64,000 bases of DNA from Patescibacteria group bacterium (GTDB taxonomy: Bacteria > Patescibacteriota > Minisyncoccia > Portnoybacterales > GWB1-42-6): assembly GCA_022709865.1 (NCBI GenBank), contig JAKLIA010000003.1, positions 21,547 through 85,546 on the forward strand. Reading direction: 5' to 3'. Positions 45,008 through 55,438 of the stretch are shown here, piece by piece. Within the stretch, counting starts at the first letter, position 1. Every line of letters starts with the position of its first letter. Made by a program: the position numbers and the translations under genes. Below the pieces are notes generated by a model, which was not told the DNA's origin, ran no database searches, and saw only the letters and a list, made by a program, of their open reading frames with translations.

Positions 45008-46174
45008 TTATTCAGTTTTTTTAGTTTCGTTTTCCGCGGCTTCTTCTTTGGTTTTGCTTTCAGGCCGCACGAGCGACAGGGCCATTTTGTGGGCGCTAGG
45101 TTCAATGGAAACTATTTTGAATTGGTATTTTTTGCCAACCTCTAATTCCTTGTTCATGTTTTCCAGCGAGCCAAAATCGGAAATATGCACCAAACCGTGG
45201 ATATCTTTGTCTATTTGGGCAAAAGCGCCGAACGGATTGATCTTGGTGATCTCTCCTTTAATAACTTGGTCTTTGGTATATTTGCCTTCGATTTCCTGCC
45301 AAGGGTCTTTTTTCAAAGCCTTGAGGGAGAGGGACAAGCGGTCTTTTTCAATGCCAATAATTTTAGCAGTGACTTTTTGCTCCGCGTGCAAGATCTGGCG
45401 CGGGTCTTCGATCAATTGCCAATCAATTTCAGAGATATGAATTAAGCCTTCGATCATCTCTGGTTTTTCTTGGTTGTCTGAGCCCTTAAGAGGGAAGCGC
45501 ACGAAAGCGCCAAAGTCGACAACGCCGGAAATGGTGCCTTCAACCAAGTCGCCGATCTGGTATTGCGATAGGGCTTGGCGGACTTTTTCTTCACCGACCG
45601 CTTTTTCGGAAACGATCAATTTTTGCTGGCTCGGATCCACATCCAAAACCCGCACGGACATTTCCTTATTAACAAACTTATTCAATTCCTGCAGGATCTT
45701 ATTTTTATCGCCGTCTTCTACCCGAGGATAATGGTCATGTGATAATTGGGAAACCGGCAAAAATCCGACTACGCCGCCAAGTTCGATCATTAGCCCGCCG
45801 CGGTTAGCCGCGGTTATTTTGGCCTTGACTATTTCTTGGGTGGCGGACATATTTTTGAGAACATCCCATGATTGTTCCCGGTGAGCTGCTTGCAAAGAAA
45901 GCTCAACGAAACCGTTTTCATTCTCGGTTTCCAGCACCATGGCGGAAATCTCGTCTCCCGGCTTTAAGCTTTTTATTAGGTTGCGGTTTTCTTTTATCTC
46001 CCGGCCAAAAAGCACGCCTGTGCCGGCTGCTCCCAAATCAATAAAAACTGTGTCGCGGCCGACTTCCAAAATGTGGCCGTTCACGATTTCTCCTAATTTC
46101 GGGGTTTTGGGGGATTGGGCTAAAAGCCCGGTCATCAAGCCTTTTTTAGGCTCGGCTGTTGGTTTAGCTGTCAT
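45008..46174 (-). CDS. rpsA: 30S ribosomal protein S1 (four S1-domain form)
   Basis: Repeated S1 OB-fold motifs (GxV.G.V..I...G.FV). Confidence 0.8.
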   Translation of the reverse strand: MTAKPTAEPKKGLMTGLLAQSPKTPKLGEIVNGHILEVGRDTVFIDLGAAGTGVLFGREIKENRNLIKSLKPGDEISAMVLETENENGFVELSLQAAHREQSWDVLKNMSATQEIVKAKITAANRGGLMIELGGVVGFLPVSQLSHDHYPRVEDGDKNKILQELNKFVNKEMSVRVLDVDPSQQKLIVSEKAVGEEKVRQALSQYQIGDLVEGTISGVVDFGAFVRFPLKGSDNQEKPEMIEGLIHISEIDWQLIEDPRQILHAEQKVTAKIIGIEKDRLSLSLKALKKDPWQEIEGKYTKDQVIKGEITKINPFGAFAQIDKDIHGLVHISDFGSLENMNKELEVGKKYQFKIVSIEPSAHKMALSLVRPESKTKEEAAENETKKTE

Positions 46175-46529
46175 TTAATGTTTATACAAGTCTTTCAGTC
46201 ACAAAACTTCAATTTAATTAATCGAATATTTTATAATCAAAAGATGATAACGCCGTTTTTTAATTATTAAATTGCCCTGTTGAACAATTTGCTTTGCAAA
46301 TTAAAATCAGTATGATTTTGTTTAATAGGGCGGATTTTTCGGCATTTAATACGGTGTTAGTATAATATAGAAAATCAATTTTTGCAAGGCTTGAAGATGC
46401 TTCGATTTTGGGGTTTGCAGTTTTAAAAAAATATGATAAAATTAAGGCATAAATAAATAGAAGCGCAGATAAAACCGCGGTTATCCACTAGTTTGCTGAT
46501 AGCTCGTGGTGTTTGCGCATTTAGCAATT

Positions 46530-47168
46530 ATGGTTATCACTTGGTACGGGCAGTCATGTTTTAAAATCCAAAGCGGCGATACGGTTTTGTTCACCGACCC
46601 TTTTGACAAAGAGATCGGTTTAACTCCGCCGCGGAGCCAGGCTGATGTGGTCACCGTTTCCCATAACCATTACGACCACAATAACCGGGAAGCCTTAAGC
46701 GGCGAGCCGTTGATAGTTGAAGGCCCGGGAGAGTACGAAATAAAAGGAGTGGAAGTGAGGGGAATCTTTTCTTTTCATGATGACAAAGAGGGGAAAGAGC
46801 GGGGCGCCAATACTATCTATGTGATCGAGATGGAAGGGATAAAGATCGGGCACCTAGGGGATTTGGGCCAGTCTAAATTGACTGCCGAGCAGGTAGAGCA
46901 GATCGATGGCGTAGATATTCTGATGGTTCCGGTCGGCGGCACCAATACCATTGACGGGGAAACAGCCGTGGATATTATCAATCAAATTGAGCCGCGTTTA
47001 GTTATCCCGATGCATTATAAAATCCCGGGTTTAAGCTTGAAGGCTGACGGGGTGGATGTTTTTTTGAAAGAAATGGGCATCGCTAAAAAAGAAACAGTGG
47101 ATAAATTAACGATCAAGAAGAAAGACCTGCCAGAAGAAGATATGGAAGTTGTGGTCATGCATATTTAA
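46530..47168 (+). CDS. MBL-fold metal-dependent hydrolase (UPF0173 family)
   Basis: ITWYGQSCF N-terminus and HxHxDH-like motif SHNHYDH. The first ATG is at 46530; the track ORF starts at an upstream GTG. Confidence 0.75.
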   Translation: MVITWYGQSCFKIQSGDTVLFTDPFDKEIGLTPPRSQADVVTVSHNHYDHNNREALSGEPLIVEGPGEYEIKGVEVRGIFSFHDDKEGKERGANTIYVIEMEGIKIGHLGDLGQSKLTAEQVEQIDGVDILMVPVGGTNTIDGETAVDIINQIEPRLVIPMHYKIPGLSLKADGVDVFLKEMGIAKKETVDKLTIKKKDLPEEDMEVVVMHI

Positions 47169-47178
47169 CAGACAAACC

Positions 47179-47520
47179 ATGAGCTTAGTCGGTTTTATAG
47201 AAAAATTGCAGAAGAAGCCCCGCTATATAAGGATCCAAATAATGTGGGTGGGGGCGATAATCGGAGCAACTATTATTTTTGCTTTTTGGCTGTGGTCTTT
47301 AACGTCTTTGCTATCCCAATCAACCGGAGCTAAAAACAACGATAAGGTTAATAATGGTTTGAGCGAGATAAAAAAAGAGATGCCCGGCCTTTGGCAAAGC
47401 TTGAGCGCTGGCATCAGCAGCGTTATCCAAACAGCGAAAGAAGATCTGGATGATAGCAGCTTTGAATTAAAAGCAGGGCAAGAAAGCCAGGCAACAGTAG
47501 AAAGGTTGCCGATAGAATGA
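47179..47520 (+). CDS. Hypothetical membrane protein (single TM)
   Basis: ORF with the ATG at 47179. Its stop region carries the TTGCCGATAGAAT motif. Confidence 0.4.
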   Translation: MSLVGFIEKLQKKPRYIRIQIMWVGAIIGATIIFAFWLWSLTSLLSQSTGAKNNDKVNNGLSEIKKEMPGLWQSLSAGISSVIQTAKEDLDDSSFELKAGQESQATVERLPIE

Positions 47521-47548
47521 TTTTATAATAGAAAATTAATTTTATTTT

Positions 47549-50032
47549 ATGGAAATAGGCAATGTCAAACCGCAAGAAATAGTTAAGGAAATGCAGGATT
47601 GCTATTTGGATTATGCAATGTCTGTTATCGTTGGCCGGGCGCTGCCCGATGTGCGCGACGGCTTAAAGCCGGTGCACCGCCGGATACTTTATGCCATGTG
47701 GGATATGGGATTGCGCTCTAGCGCCAAGCTTAGAAAATCGGCCTTGGTGGTTGGCGATGTGCTAGGTAAATATCATCCGCACGGCGATAGCGCGGTTTAT
47801 GAAACAATGGTGCGGTTTGCACAAGATTTCTCTATGCGTTATCCCATGGTTCAAGGCCAGGGTAACTTTGGTTCTTTGGATGGCGATGGCGCAGCGGCTA
47901 TGCGTTATACGGAATGCCGCTTAACCGCTTTGGCGGAAGAGATGATGCAGGATATTGATAAAGATACGATTCCTTGGGGCGATAACTATGATGGCACTCG
48001 GAAAGAGCCAATGGTTTTGCCGGCCAAACTTCCGCAGCTTTTATTGAACGGGTCGCTAGGTATTGCTGTGGGTATGGCAACTTCTATTCCGCCACATAAC
48101 TTGACGGAATTAGTGGATGGCATTTCCTATTTAATAGAAAATCCTAAATCTACCACTGAGGATTTGATGAAGATAGTTAAGGGGCCGGATTTTCCGACCG
48201 GCGGAGCGATCTATGACCGGCAGGCGATAGTGCAGGCTTATTCCACCGGCAAAGGAGCAATCGTGAATCGCGCCACAGCCGAAATCATTGAAGACAAAAA
48301 AGGCGCTAAGCAAATAATTGTTTCGGAAATCCCGTATCAAGTTAACAAAGCTTCTTTGCTAGAAGTGATCGCTGATTTGGTAAAAGAAAAGAAGGTTGAT
48401 GGCATCAAAGATATTCGCGATGAATCGGATAAGGACGGCGTGCGCATAGTTATTGACCTGAAAAGCGAGGCTTATCCGCAAAAGACGCTGAACCGCTTAT
48501 ACAAATTAACCGACCTGCAAAAAACTTTCCACTTGAATATGCTGGCGCTGATGGATGGCTTGCAGCCCCAAGTGTTGCCGCTTAAGGCTTTTTTGGAACA
48601 ATATGTTGAGCACCGATATAATGTGGTGACACGGCGGACTAAGTTTGATCTGGATAGGGCTAAAGAGCGGGCGCATATTTTGGAAGGCTTGAAAAAAGCG
48701 CTGGACCATATTGATGCGATCATTGCTGTTATTAAAAAATCCGCCAATAAAGAAGACGCGCACGACCAGCTATGCAAAAAGTTTAAATTAAGCGATGCGC
48801 AATCGGCTGCTATTTTGGAAATGAAGCTGCAAACGCTGGCGGGGCTGGAGCGCAAGAAAATAGAGGATGAATTAAAAGAGAAAAAACGGATAATCACGGA
48901 ATTGGAAGAGTTGTTAAAATCTCCCAAGAGGATTTTAGGCGTGATAAAAACGGAGCTGGCGCAGCTCAAAGAAAAGTTTGGCGATGAACGCCGGACAAAA
49001 GTCTTTGCTTCACCGGTCGGGGAGTTTAAAGAAGAAGACCTAATCCCGGAAGAAGAGTGCGTTATCACTTTGACCGAGGGCGGATATGTGAAGCGCATGA
49101 ATGCCAAAAACTACAAGGCCCAGCATCGGGGCGGCAAAGGGGTTTCGGGCATCACCACGCGCGAAGAAGATTTGGTTAAATATTTATCCAGCGTGAACAC
49201 CCACGATAATTTGCTGTTCTTCACCAATACCGGCCGAGTTTTCCAGACTAAGGCTTATGAAATCCCGGAAGCCAGCCGCGTGGCGCGGGGACAGGCGATG
49301 GTTAACTTTTTGGAACTAGGGCCGAAAGAAGAAGTTAATGCTTTGGTGGCGCTGAAAGAAAACTTGAAAAATAAGAAAAAGGGCGACGCCAAAACAGCGG
49401 GCGCCAATGGAGAGGAAAACTATCTGGTGATGACCACTAAAGATGGTATAATAAAGAAAACCGCAATAGAAGATTTTGCCAACGTGCGCCGCAGCGGCCT
49501 GATCGCTATTAAATTGGGCAAGGACGACTTCTTGCGCTGGGTCAAGCCATCTTCGGGCAACGACGAAATAATTTTGATTACCGGCAAAGGCCAAAGCGTG
49601 CGCTTCAAAGAAAAAGATGCTCGCCCCATGGGCCGAGCCGCCAGCGGAGTGAGAGGCTTGCGATTGAAAAAAGGAGATATGGTGGTGGGGATGGAAATAA
49701 TTGGCGAAAAAGCCAAAGCGAAAAATGAGAAATTGGAACTGCTAGTGGTTACGGAAAACGGTTATGGCAAAAAAACGGAATTAAAACAGTTTAAGATCCA
49801 GCGGCGCGGGGGATCGGGCATTAAAGCCGCTCAGGTCACGCCAAAAACCGGGCAGATCGTAGCAGCTAAGATCCTAGAATCAGAAGAAGAAGATGTTATT
49901 GCTATTTCCAAGCAAGGCCAAACTATCAGGACTTCCTTAGGTTCTATTTCTCTGCTTGGCCGGGCAACTCAGGGAGTCAGGATCATGAAGCTGGACGACG
50001 GCGACAAAGTGGCTTCAGTGACTTGTTTGTAA
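47549..50032 (+). CDS. gyrA: DNA gyrase subunit A
   Basis: Active-site region AMRYTE (Tyr), GyrA-box QRRGGKG, and C-terminal beta-pinwheel repeats. Confidence 0.9.
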   Translation: MEIGNVKPQEIVKEMQDCYLDYAMSVIVGRALPDVRDGLKPVHRRILYAMWDMGLRSSAKLRKSALVVGDVLGKYHPHGDSAVYETMVRFAQDFSMRYPMVQGQGNFGSLDGDGAAAMRYTECRLTALAEEMMQDIDKDTIPWGDNYDGTRKEPMVLPAKLPQLLLNGSLGIAVGMATSIPPHNLTELVDGISYLIENPKSTTEDLMKIVKGPDFPTGGAIYDRQAIVQAYSTGKGAIVNRATAEIIEDKKGAKQIIVSEIPYQVNKASLLEVIADLVKEKKVDGIKDIRDESDKDGVRIVIDLKSEAYPQKTLNRLYKLTDLQKTFHLNMLALMDGLQPQVLPLKAFLEQYVEHRYNVVTRRTKFDLDRAKERAHILEGLKKALDHIDAIIAVIKKSANKEDAHDQLCKKFKLSDAQSAAILEMKLQTLAGLERKKIEDELKEKKRIITELEELLKSPKRILGVIKTELAQLKEKFGDERRTKVFASPVGEFKEEDLIPEEECVITLTEGGYVKRMNAKNYKAQHRGGKGVSGITTREEDLVKYLSSVNTHDNLLFFTNTGRVFQTKAYEIPEASRVARGQAMVNFLELGPKEEVNALVALKENLKNKKKGDAKTAGANGEENYLVMTTKDGIIKKTAIEDFANVRRSGLIAIKLGKDDFLRWVKPSSGNDEIILITGKGQSVRFKEKDARPMGRAASGVRGLRLKKGDMVVGMEIIGEKAKAKNEKLELLVVTENGYGKKTELKQFKIQRRGGSGIKAAQVTPKTGQIVAAKILESEEEDVIAISKQGQTIRTSLGSISLLGRATQGVRIMKLDDGDKVASVTCL

Positions 50033-50069
50033 AAAAACTAAATAGCTAGTTTATATAGCAGGCTTTACT

Positions 50070-50612
50070 ATGAACGGAACTGGCGGGTTCATTAGTCCTC
50101 AAAAAGTCATAAACCAAATAGGCCTTAAAAAAGATATGAAGGTGGCTGATTTTGGTTGTGGCCATGGCTATTTTACTCTTCCGGTGGCAAAAATAGTCGG
50201 CCAAGACGGCAAGGTCTACGCGGTAGATATTTTGGAGGAGGCGTTGGAAGCGGTGCGTTCCAGCTATAAGCTTGGCGGCCTGGCCAATATTGAAACTAAG
50301 CGCGGAAACTTGGAAACGGCTGGCGGATCTGGCCTGGCCGACGGCTCGGTAGACTTGGTTTTGCTCCATAATGTTCTATTCCAAACGCAGAAAAAATCAG
50401 AAATCATAAAAGAAGCTAAGAGGGTCTTAAAGCTGGGCGGAGTTTTTGTTTTGGTTGACTGGCAAAAAAACAAATCTTCTATCGGGCCGCAGGGCGGCTG
50501 GCGTCTGTCTTTTGATGAAGCCAGAAATCTGGTGCAAGAAGAAGGATTGGTTTTTAATCGGGTTTTTGATGCGGGGGAATATCACTATGGTTTAATCTTT
50601 ATTAAGCCTTAA
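50070..50612 (+). CDS. Class I SAM-dependent methyltransferase
   Basis: Motif I VADFGCGHG. Confidence 0.7.
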   Translation: MNGTGGFISPQKVINQIGLKKDMKVADFGCGHGYFTLPVAKIVGQDGKVYAVDILEEALEAVRSSYKLGGLANIETKRGNLETAGGSGLADGSVDLVLLHNVLFQTQKKSEIIKEAKRVLKLGGVFVLVDWQKNKSSIGPQGGWRLSFDEARNLVQEEGLVFNRVFDAGEYHYGLIFIKP

Positions 50613-50621
50613 TTTTCGAAA

Positions 50622-51917
50622 ATGGACAAAACAAAAATAATTTTATTTTCAGCTCTTGGCCTGATAGCTGTTATTGTTATCGCGGTTGTCATAATAAATC
50701 CTTTCAAAGAAGACACGGCCACACCTATAACCTTGGAGTTTTGGAGCGTTTTTGATGATTCCAGCGTCTATAAGCCCTTAATAGATAAATATAGAGAGCT
50801 ATATCCGAATGTCACTATAAATTATTATAAAAAGAACATCACTTCTTACGAAGATGACTTGGTGGATGCTTTAGCGGCTGGCCGCGGTCCGGATATTTTT
50901 TCCATCCATAATACTTGGCTGCCAAAGCACATAGATAAATTAGCGGCTGCGCCGGCAAGCTTGGTTACAACTAGCCGATATAATGAAGTTTTTGTGGATG
51001 TAGCCAGCCAGGATTTTATTGATAGCGGCAAGATTTATGCTTTTCCTTTATCGGTTGACTCTCTAGCGCTTTTTTACAATAAAGACCTGTTTAACTCGGC
51101 CGGCATAACCAGCGCGCCAAAAACTTGGACCGAGTTTAACGCGGCGGTGGAAAAATTGACCAAGCGCGACGCGAAAAATAATATTTTGCAAGCCGGCGCG
51201 GCTCTGGGCACGGCTGAAAATGTTAACCGCTCAACGGATATTTTATCGGCTTTAATGCTGCAAAGCGGCGCAGTCATGGTGAGCGAGGAGAAGACCGAGG
51301 CAGCTTTTAACCAAAATATTTCTTCATCCGGGGAAACTTTTAACCCCGGCAAACAAGCCCTTATTTTTTATACTAATTTTGCCCGGCCCGCGCTTAAGGT
51401 TTATACCTGGAATAGATTGCAGCATTATTCCGTGGACGCTTTTGTGGAGGGGCAGGCGGCGATGATGTTAAATTACGCCTATCAAATACCGATAGTCCGT
51501 GCCCGAGCGTCGCATTTGAACTTTAGCGTGGCGGCTCTGCCGCAAATCTCCCAAAGCGGCAATAAAGCCACCTTTGCCAATTATTGGGCGCAGGCAGTTA
51601 GCCAAAGCTCGCCTAATCAGGCGGCGGCTTGGCAATTCATCACTTGGTTATCTTCTCAGGAAAACAGCCGTGAATATTTAACCGCGACTAAAAAACCGGC
51701 CGCAAGGCGCGATTTGATAGATGAGCAAAAATCCGATGCAGACCTGGGAGTTTTTGCCCAGCAGTCTTTATATGCTAAATCTTGGTGGGAAGTTGATAAT
51801 TTAGCCATTGAGGGTATTTTTGCCGATATGATAGAATCAGTGGTAGGGAATAGCGCCACAGCAGCCGATGCCTTAGAAGTGGCTAACACCCAAGTATCAG
51901 CTTTAATGAGGGATTAA
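50622..51917 (+). CDS. Extracellular solute-binding protein (ABC transporter, family 1 sugar-type)
   Basis: N-terminal TM/lipobox-like anchor and the SBP_bac_1 pattern. No permease is adjacent. Confidence 0.65.
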   Translation: MDKTKIILFSALGLIAVIVIAVVIINPFKEDTATPITLEFWSVFDDSSVYKPLIDKYRELYPNVTINYYKKNITSYEDDLVDALAAGRGPDIFSIHNTWLPKHIDKLAAAPASLVTTSRYNEVFVDVASQDFIDSGKIYAFPLSVDSLALFYNKDLFNSAGITSAPKTWTEFNAAVEKLTKRDAKNNILQAGAALGTAENVNRSTDILSALMLQSGAVMVSEEKTEAAFNQNISSSGETFNPGKQALIFYTNFARPALKVYTWNRLQHYSVDAFVEGQAAMMLNYAYQIPIVRARASHLNFSVAALPQISQSGNKATFANYWAQAVSQSSPNQAAAWQFITWLSSQENSREYLTATKKPAARRDLIDEQKSDADLGVFAQQSLYAKSWWEVDNLAIEGIFADMIESVVGNSATAADALEVANTQVSALMRD

Positions 51918-51921
51918 TTTT

Positions 51922-52329
51922 ATGAATAAAAATATTTTCAAAAAAATATTAGTTCCGTGCTTGGTTATCGGTTTTGCTTTTTTTGTTATCTGGCCGGTTG
52001 AAGCGGCTGGCCTTTTGCCTAATTGCCGGGCAGCCTCTTGCACCCCTTGCCATTTCTTGCAATTGATCAGTAATGTGTTGCTTTTTGTGGTTAAAAATAT
52101 AGTCGCGCCGCTGGCTGGACTGCTTTTTTTGATAGGTGGTATAATGATGGTATCAGCAGGCGGATCGGAAGAGCGGTTTAAAAAAGGTAAAGAGATGTTC
52201 AAAAATGTGGCGATCGGCGTTCTAATAATTTTGGCTTCTTGGGCTATAGTGAACACTCTAATCACAACTTTTGGCACCAGCGTTGACGGGTTTGTTCCCG
52301 GCAATTGGTGGAGAGTTAATTGTTTATAA
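51922..52329 (+). CDS. VirB2/TrbC-like pilin paralog 1 (signal peptide plus two hydrophobic helices separated by a short charged loop)
   Basis: Signal peptide cleavage VEA|AG; helix-1 LISNVLLFVVKNIVAPLAGLLFLIGGIMMVSAG; loop GSEERFKKGKEM; helix-2 FKNVAIGVLIILASWAIVNTLI. Confidence 0.5.
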   Translation: MNKNIFKKILVPCLVIGFAFFVIWPVEAAGLLPNCRAASCTPCHFLQLISNVLLFVVKNIVAPLAGLLFLIGGIMMVSAGGSEERFKKGKEMFKNVAIGVLIILASWAIVNTLITTFGTSVDGFVPGNWWRVNCL

Positions 52330-52334
52330 AAACA

Positions 52335-53261
52335 ATGCAATTAAAATCTTATAAAACATTTTTTTTCGCGTTTTTGATAATCGGCGGTTTTTTATTCTGG
52401 GGCAGCGTTGGCCAAAAGGCGTTGGCTGCTAATTGCACTTGCGCTAATGGCAAAGATTTCACCACCCTTACCCAATCTGCGATAACCGAATACGGCAATT
52501 TGGGCGCTGCTTGCGAAATGTATTGCGCAGCCAGCGGCGGTGCCAAGATAAATGATGAGTATATCAACTCTACAGATCCTTGCGGCGGGTGTAATGACCC
52601 TGGTTTTTATTGCAACACAAGCACGGGTAGATGTGAATATGATGGTAGTCAATCTTATGATCCGACAGATCCAGAGGCAAGTAATTTGCCCAATTCGGAT
52701 TATGACCCAACTTCTTCTTCCAATTCTTCTCAAAAAAGCTCTTCTGGCGGCGGTAGCGCTTCCTTGCCAAACTTTGTCGGGGTGAGCAGCATCAGCGAAC
52801 TAATCTTAAAGATTACAAAGTTTTTGATTGCTCTAGCTATTCCTTTTGCTGTATTGATGCTTATTTGGGCGGGCTTCCAATTTGCAACTGCTCAAGGAAG
52901 CGAAGAAAAGCTTAGGACAGCAAAAAGAAATCTTGTTTGGACAATAGCAGGCATCGCGGTCATTATGGCGAGCAACGCGATCATTGGATATATTACCGAG
53001 ATCTTAGGCGGCGGCACGGGAGAAGGCAATGCGCTAATCACTACGATTAAAAATGTTCTGGACCAAATAATCGGCTTGCTGTTTATTTTGGTGACAGTAT
53101 TCTTTTTCTGGGGGATTGTGGAGTTCGTGCGGGCAAGTTCTAGCGGCGACACAGGCAAATTGGAAGAAGGCAAGAGGCATATGATCTGGGGAATCATCGG
53201 TATGGCAGTTATGGCTGGCGCTTGGGGAATCGTGAGAATAATCCAACAAGCATTCCAATAG
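52335..53261 (+). CDS. Secreted Cys-rich protein fused to two tandem VirB2/TrbC-like pilin modules
   Basis: Signal peptide ALA|ANC; N-terminal domain with 12 Cys; two modules homologous to the flanking small pilin genes. The start is taken at the ATG at 52335. Confidence 0.5.
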   Translation: MQLKSYKTFFFAFLIIGGFLFWGSVGQKALAANCTCANGKDFTTLTQSAITEYGNLGAACEMYCAASGGAKINDEYINSTDPCGGCNDPGFYCNTSTGRCEYDGSQSYDPTDPEASNLPNSDYDPTSSSNSSQKSSSGGGSASLPNFVGVSSISELILKITKFLIALAIPFAVLMLIWAGFQFATAQGSEEKLRTAKRNLVWTIAGIAVIMASNAIIGYITEILGGGTGEGNALITTIKNVLDQIIGLLFILVTVFFFWGIVEFVRASSSGDTGKLEEGKRHMIWGIIGMAVMAGAWGIVRIIQQAFQ

Positions 53262-53324
53262 AGGCTAGGAAATTATTATAAATAAAAATCCGTATGAAAT
53301 GCGGCTTGAAAGGAGGTGAGCAGG

Positions 53325-53684
53325 ATGAAAAAATTTAATGATATATTTGAAAAGGTAGCAGTTGTTGCCTTGAGCTTGATTTTTCCGACGATGGTTTTGG
53401 CAGCCGATATCAACAGCACCATAACCAGAATAACAGATATATTGAACATGGTTATCGGATTGCTCTTCGTTTTGGTTACCTTGTATTTTGTTTGGGGTAT
53501 CGTTCAGTATGTTATGGCAGCTGGCGACGAGGGCAAGATTAAGGACGGCAAACAGCATATGATCTGGGGAATCATCGGTATGGCAGTTATGGCTGGCGCT
53601 TGGGGAATCGTGAGAATAATCACTTCAACTTTTCTTTCAGGAAACAGCACCGGTATTCCAACGGGAGTAGGCAGCGGATTATAA
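53325..53684 (+). CDS. VirB2/TrbC-like pilin paralog 3
   Basis: Ribosome-binding site AAAGGAGG 9 nt upstream; signal peptide VLA|AD. It shares an identical 22-aa (67-nt) segment HMIWGIIGMAVMAGAWGIVRII with the preceding gene. Confidence 0.5.
   Translation: MKKFNDIFEKVAVVALSLIFPTMVLAADINSTITRITDILNMVIGLLFVLVTLYFVWGIVQYVMAAGDEGKIKDGKQHMIWGIIGMAVMAGAWGIVRIITSTFLSGNSTGIPTGVGSGL
53556..53622 (+). repeat. 67-bp perfect direct repeat (a copy of 53177-53243) spanning the 3' regions of two adjacent pilin-like genes
   Basis: The two segments match exactly by direct comparison. Confidence 0.8.
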
Positions 53685-53710
53685 AACTTGAGTTTTGCAA
53701 AGTTCAAAGA

Positions 53711-53756
53711 AAAAAGCCTCCTAATTCCACGATTGTGGAACGGAGGCTTTTGGTTT
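53711..53756. terminator. Bidirectional hairpin terminator (AAAAAGCCTCC...GGAGGCTTTTGG) between the convergent pilin gene and the membrane protein gene
   Basis: GC stem GCCTCC/GGAGGC with an internal palindrome, flanked by A-runs and T-runs. Confidence 0.5.
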
Positions 53757-53766
53757 GTTTAAAGAA

Positions 53767-54843
53767 CTATTTTTTGCCTAAGGTTTCATCCAATAGGCAA
53801 ACCGTTTTTGAAGCGACCGGAAGGCTTTGCCCTGGCTCTGCGTAGATATAGAGCTGGTATCCTTCCTGGCGGTGCTTGTTGGTGGCGCAATACTGCTTTT
53901 TGTCTGTTGGCCAGGGGTGCGATTTAATTTCGCCGCCCAGATCAACAAAGAACTTTGGCGGCGGGCCATCCAGGCTTTCTCTCTCCATGCAAACTCGATC
54001 GTTTAGCATGACGGTGGCTACGAATTTTGCCTCGGAAGGTATTTGAATCTGTTTTGTGACCGGCTCTGGGTTTTTTGATACAACAGGAGCGGCGATGGTT
54101 TCTTTTTTATCACCGGCATTGCCGCCAAGTGAAACTAATTTTGCTTGTACTTCAGGAAGAATTATAATCGTGATGACTATAATTAAAATAACTGAGCCCG
54201 AGACTCTTAGAAACCCCAAAATCTTTGTTGGGATTTTTGGGATAAGGCTCAGCCCCCAAAAGACAAGGCCAAGAATAAACAATCTTACTGTCCAGCTGCT
54301 AAGAAAAAAACTAATCTTTTCCGGCGTTAATCCGAAAATGTCGGTTTTGAACCAACCGGCGATGCCGGCTATTGCCAGAATGAAAAGAATCGCCGCAGCC
54401 AACCAAACATAAACCCTGTAAAACCTTATCCAAGCAGTTTCCTTATTAGCCAAGTTTGCGGTGGTAAAAATGCCAACCAGGACAATCGGGAGAATAAATG
54501 TTGCGGCCCAAAACTTCCAAATTGGAAATAAAGAAAAGAAGATCACGGTCGTGCTGCCTAAAAAAAAGAAAACATTAAGCGCTCGCGTGAACTCTGTTCC
54601 AATCTCTTCTTTTAAAAGTTTGGCTAAGAACAAGGAGTCAACCGCTATCCCGCCTAGATGCCAAATAGTTGCAGCTGTGGCCAAAACCCAGAGGACTCCA
54701 ATGATTGGTAATGCCGGATGCATAACTTCTTGCGTTAGGCCGGCTATCGCCAACATAACTACAAAAAGCAACAACCAGTCCCAAACCAACACAGAGACTC
54801 CAAGTTTTATATTCTTTCTGAACAAGTTAATCATAGCCCACAT
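53767..54843 (-). CDS. Polytopic membrane protein (6-7 TM helices) with a C-terminal extracytoplasmic Cys-containing domain; possible VirB6/TrbL-like protein
   Basis: Hydrophobicity pattern; positioned convergently to the pilin cluster. Confidence 0.45.
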   Translation of the reverse strand: MWAMINLFRKNIKLGVSVLVWDWLLLFVVMLAIAGLTQEVMHPALPIIGVLWVLATAATIWHLGGIAVDSLFLAKLLKEEIGTEFTRALNVFFFLGSTTVIFFSLFPIWKFWAATFILPIVLVGIFTTANLANKETAWIRFYRVYVWLAAAILFILAIAGIAGWFKTDIFGLTPEKISFFLSSWTVRLFILGLVFWGLSLIPKIPTKILGFLRVSGSVILIIVITIIILPEVQAKLVSLGGNAGDKKETIAAPVVSKNPEPVTKQIQIPSEAKFVATVMLNDRVCMERESLDGPPPKFFVDLGGEIKSHPWPTDKKQYCATNKHRQEGYQLYIYAEPGQSLPVASKTVCLLDETLGKK

Positions 54844-54855
54844 AATCGTTCCTCC

Positions 54856-55404
54856 TTATCGGAATAAGATGTCAGCTAAACGGCTGACGAAGTGTTTTTC
54901 TTTGTGTTCTTCTGCATAAAGCTCTAAACTCTTGTTCGTGGCGCCGACAGTATAAGCTATTTGCAGCGCCACTTTTTCAAGAGCATTGCCCATGTGCTCT
55001 AATTCGTGCTCCAATTGGTGGGTAAGAGAAGAATGAGATAATGCTTCAAATAATTGATCAAGCACCTCAGGGTTCGCTTTAGCTATCTGAGCCATAACGA
55101 CTCTGGCCTCATTAGTATCCAAAGACCCGTCGTCTTTTAAAGGTAGGGCAGCAGAAATTGTCATAACCATTTCTTTCATTCTGCCTTCTTCTTTGGCTTT
55201 TTTGAGTAGATAACGAAAAGATTCTGCATCTTCCGGTTCGAGCATCAGTATGGCCCTCATAAAACTTGCCTGGGGCGGATGCTTAATGAAGCTTTGTATT
55301 TTTTCTCCCATAATTCCTGTCCCTTGAGACATAAAGGTTTTTAGAACTCGGGTAACAATTTGGTCTACTGCTCCACCTAAAAATATGTCTTTAATGCGTC
55401 CCAT
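54856..55404 (-). CDS. Hypothetical 182-aa protein
   Basis: ORF only. Confidence 0.4.
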   Translation of the reverse strand: MGRIKDIFLGGAVDQIVTRVLKTFMSQGTGIMGEKIQSFIKHPPQASFMRAILMLEPEDAESFRYLLKKAKEEGRMKEMVMTISAALPLKDDGSLDTNEARVVMAQIAKANPEVLDQLFEALSHSSLTHQLEHELEHMGNALEKVALQIAYTVGATNKSLELYAEEHKEKHFVSRLADILFR

Positions 55405-55438
55405 ATTTTCTCCTTTTTGATTTTTTTATTTTGTCTTT

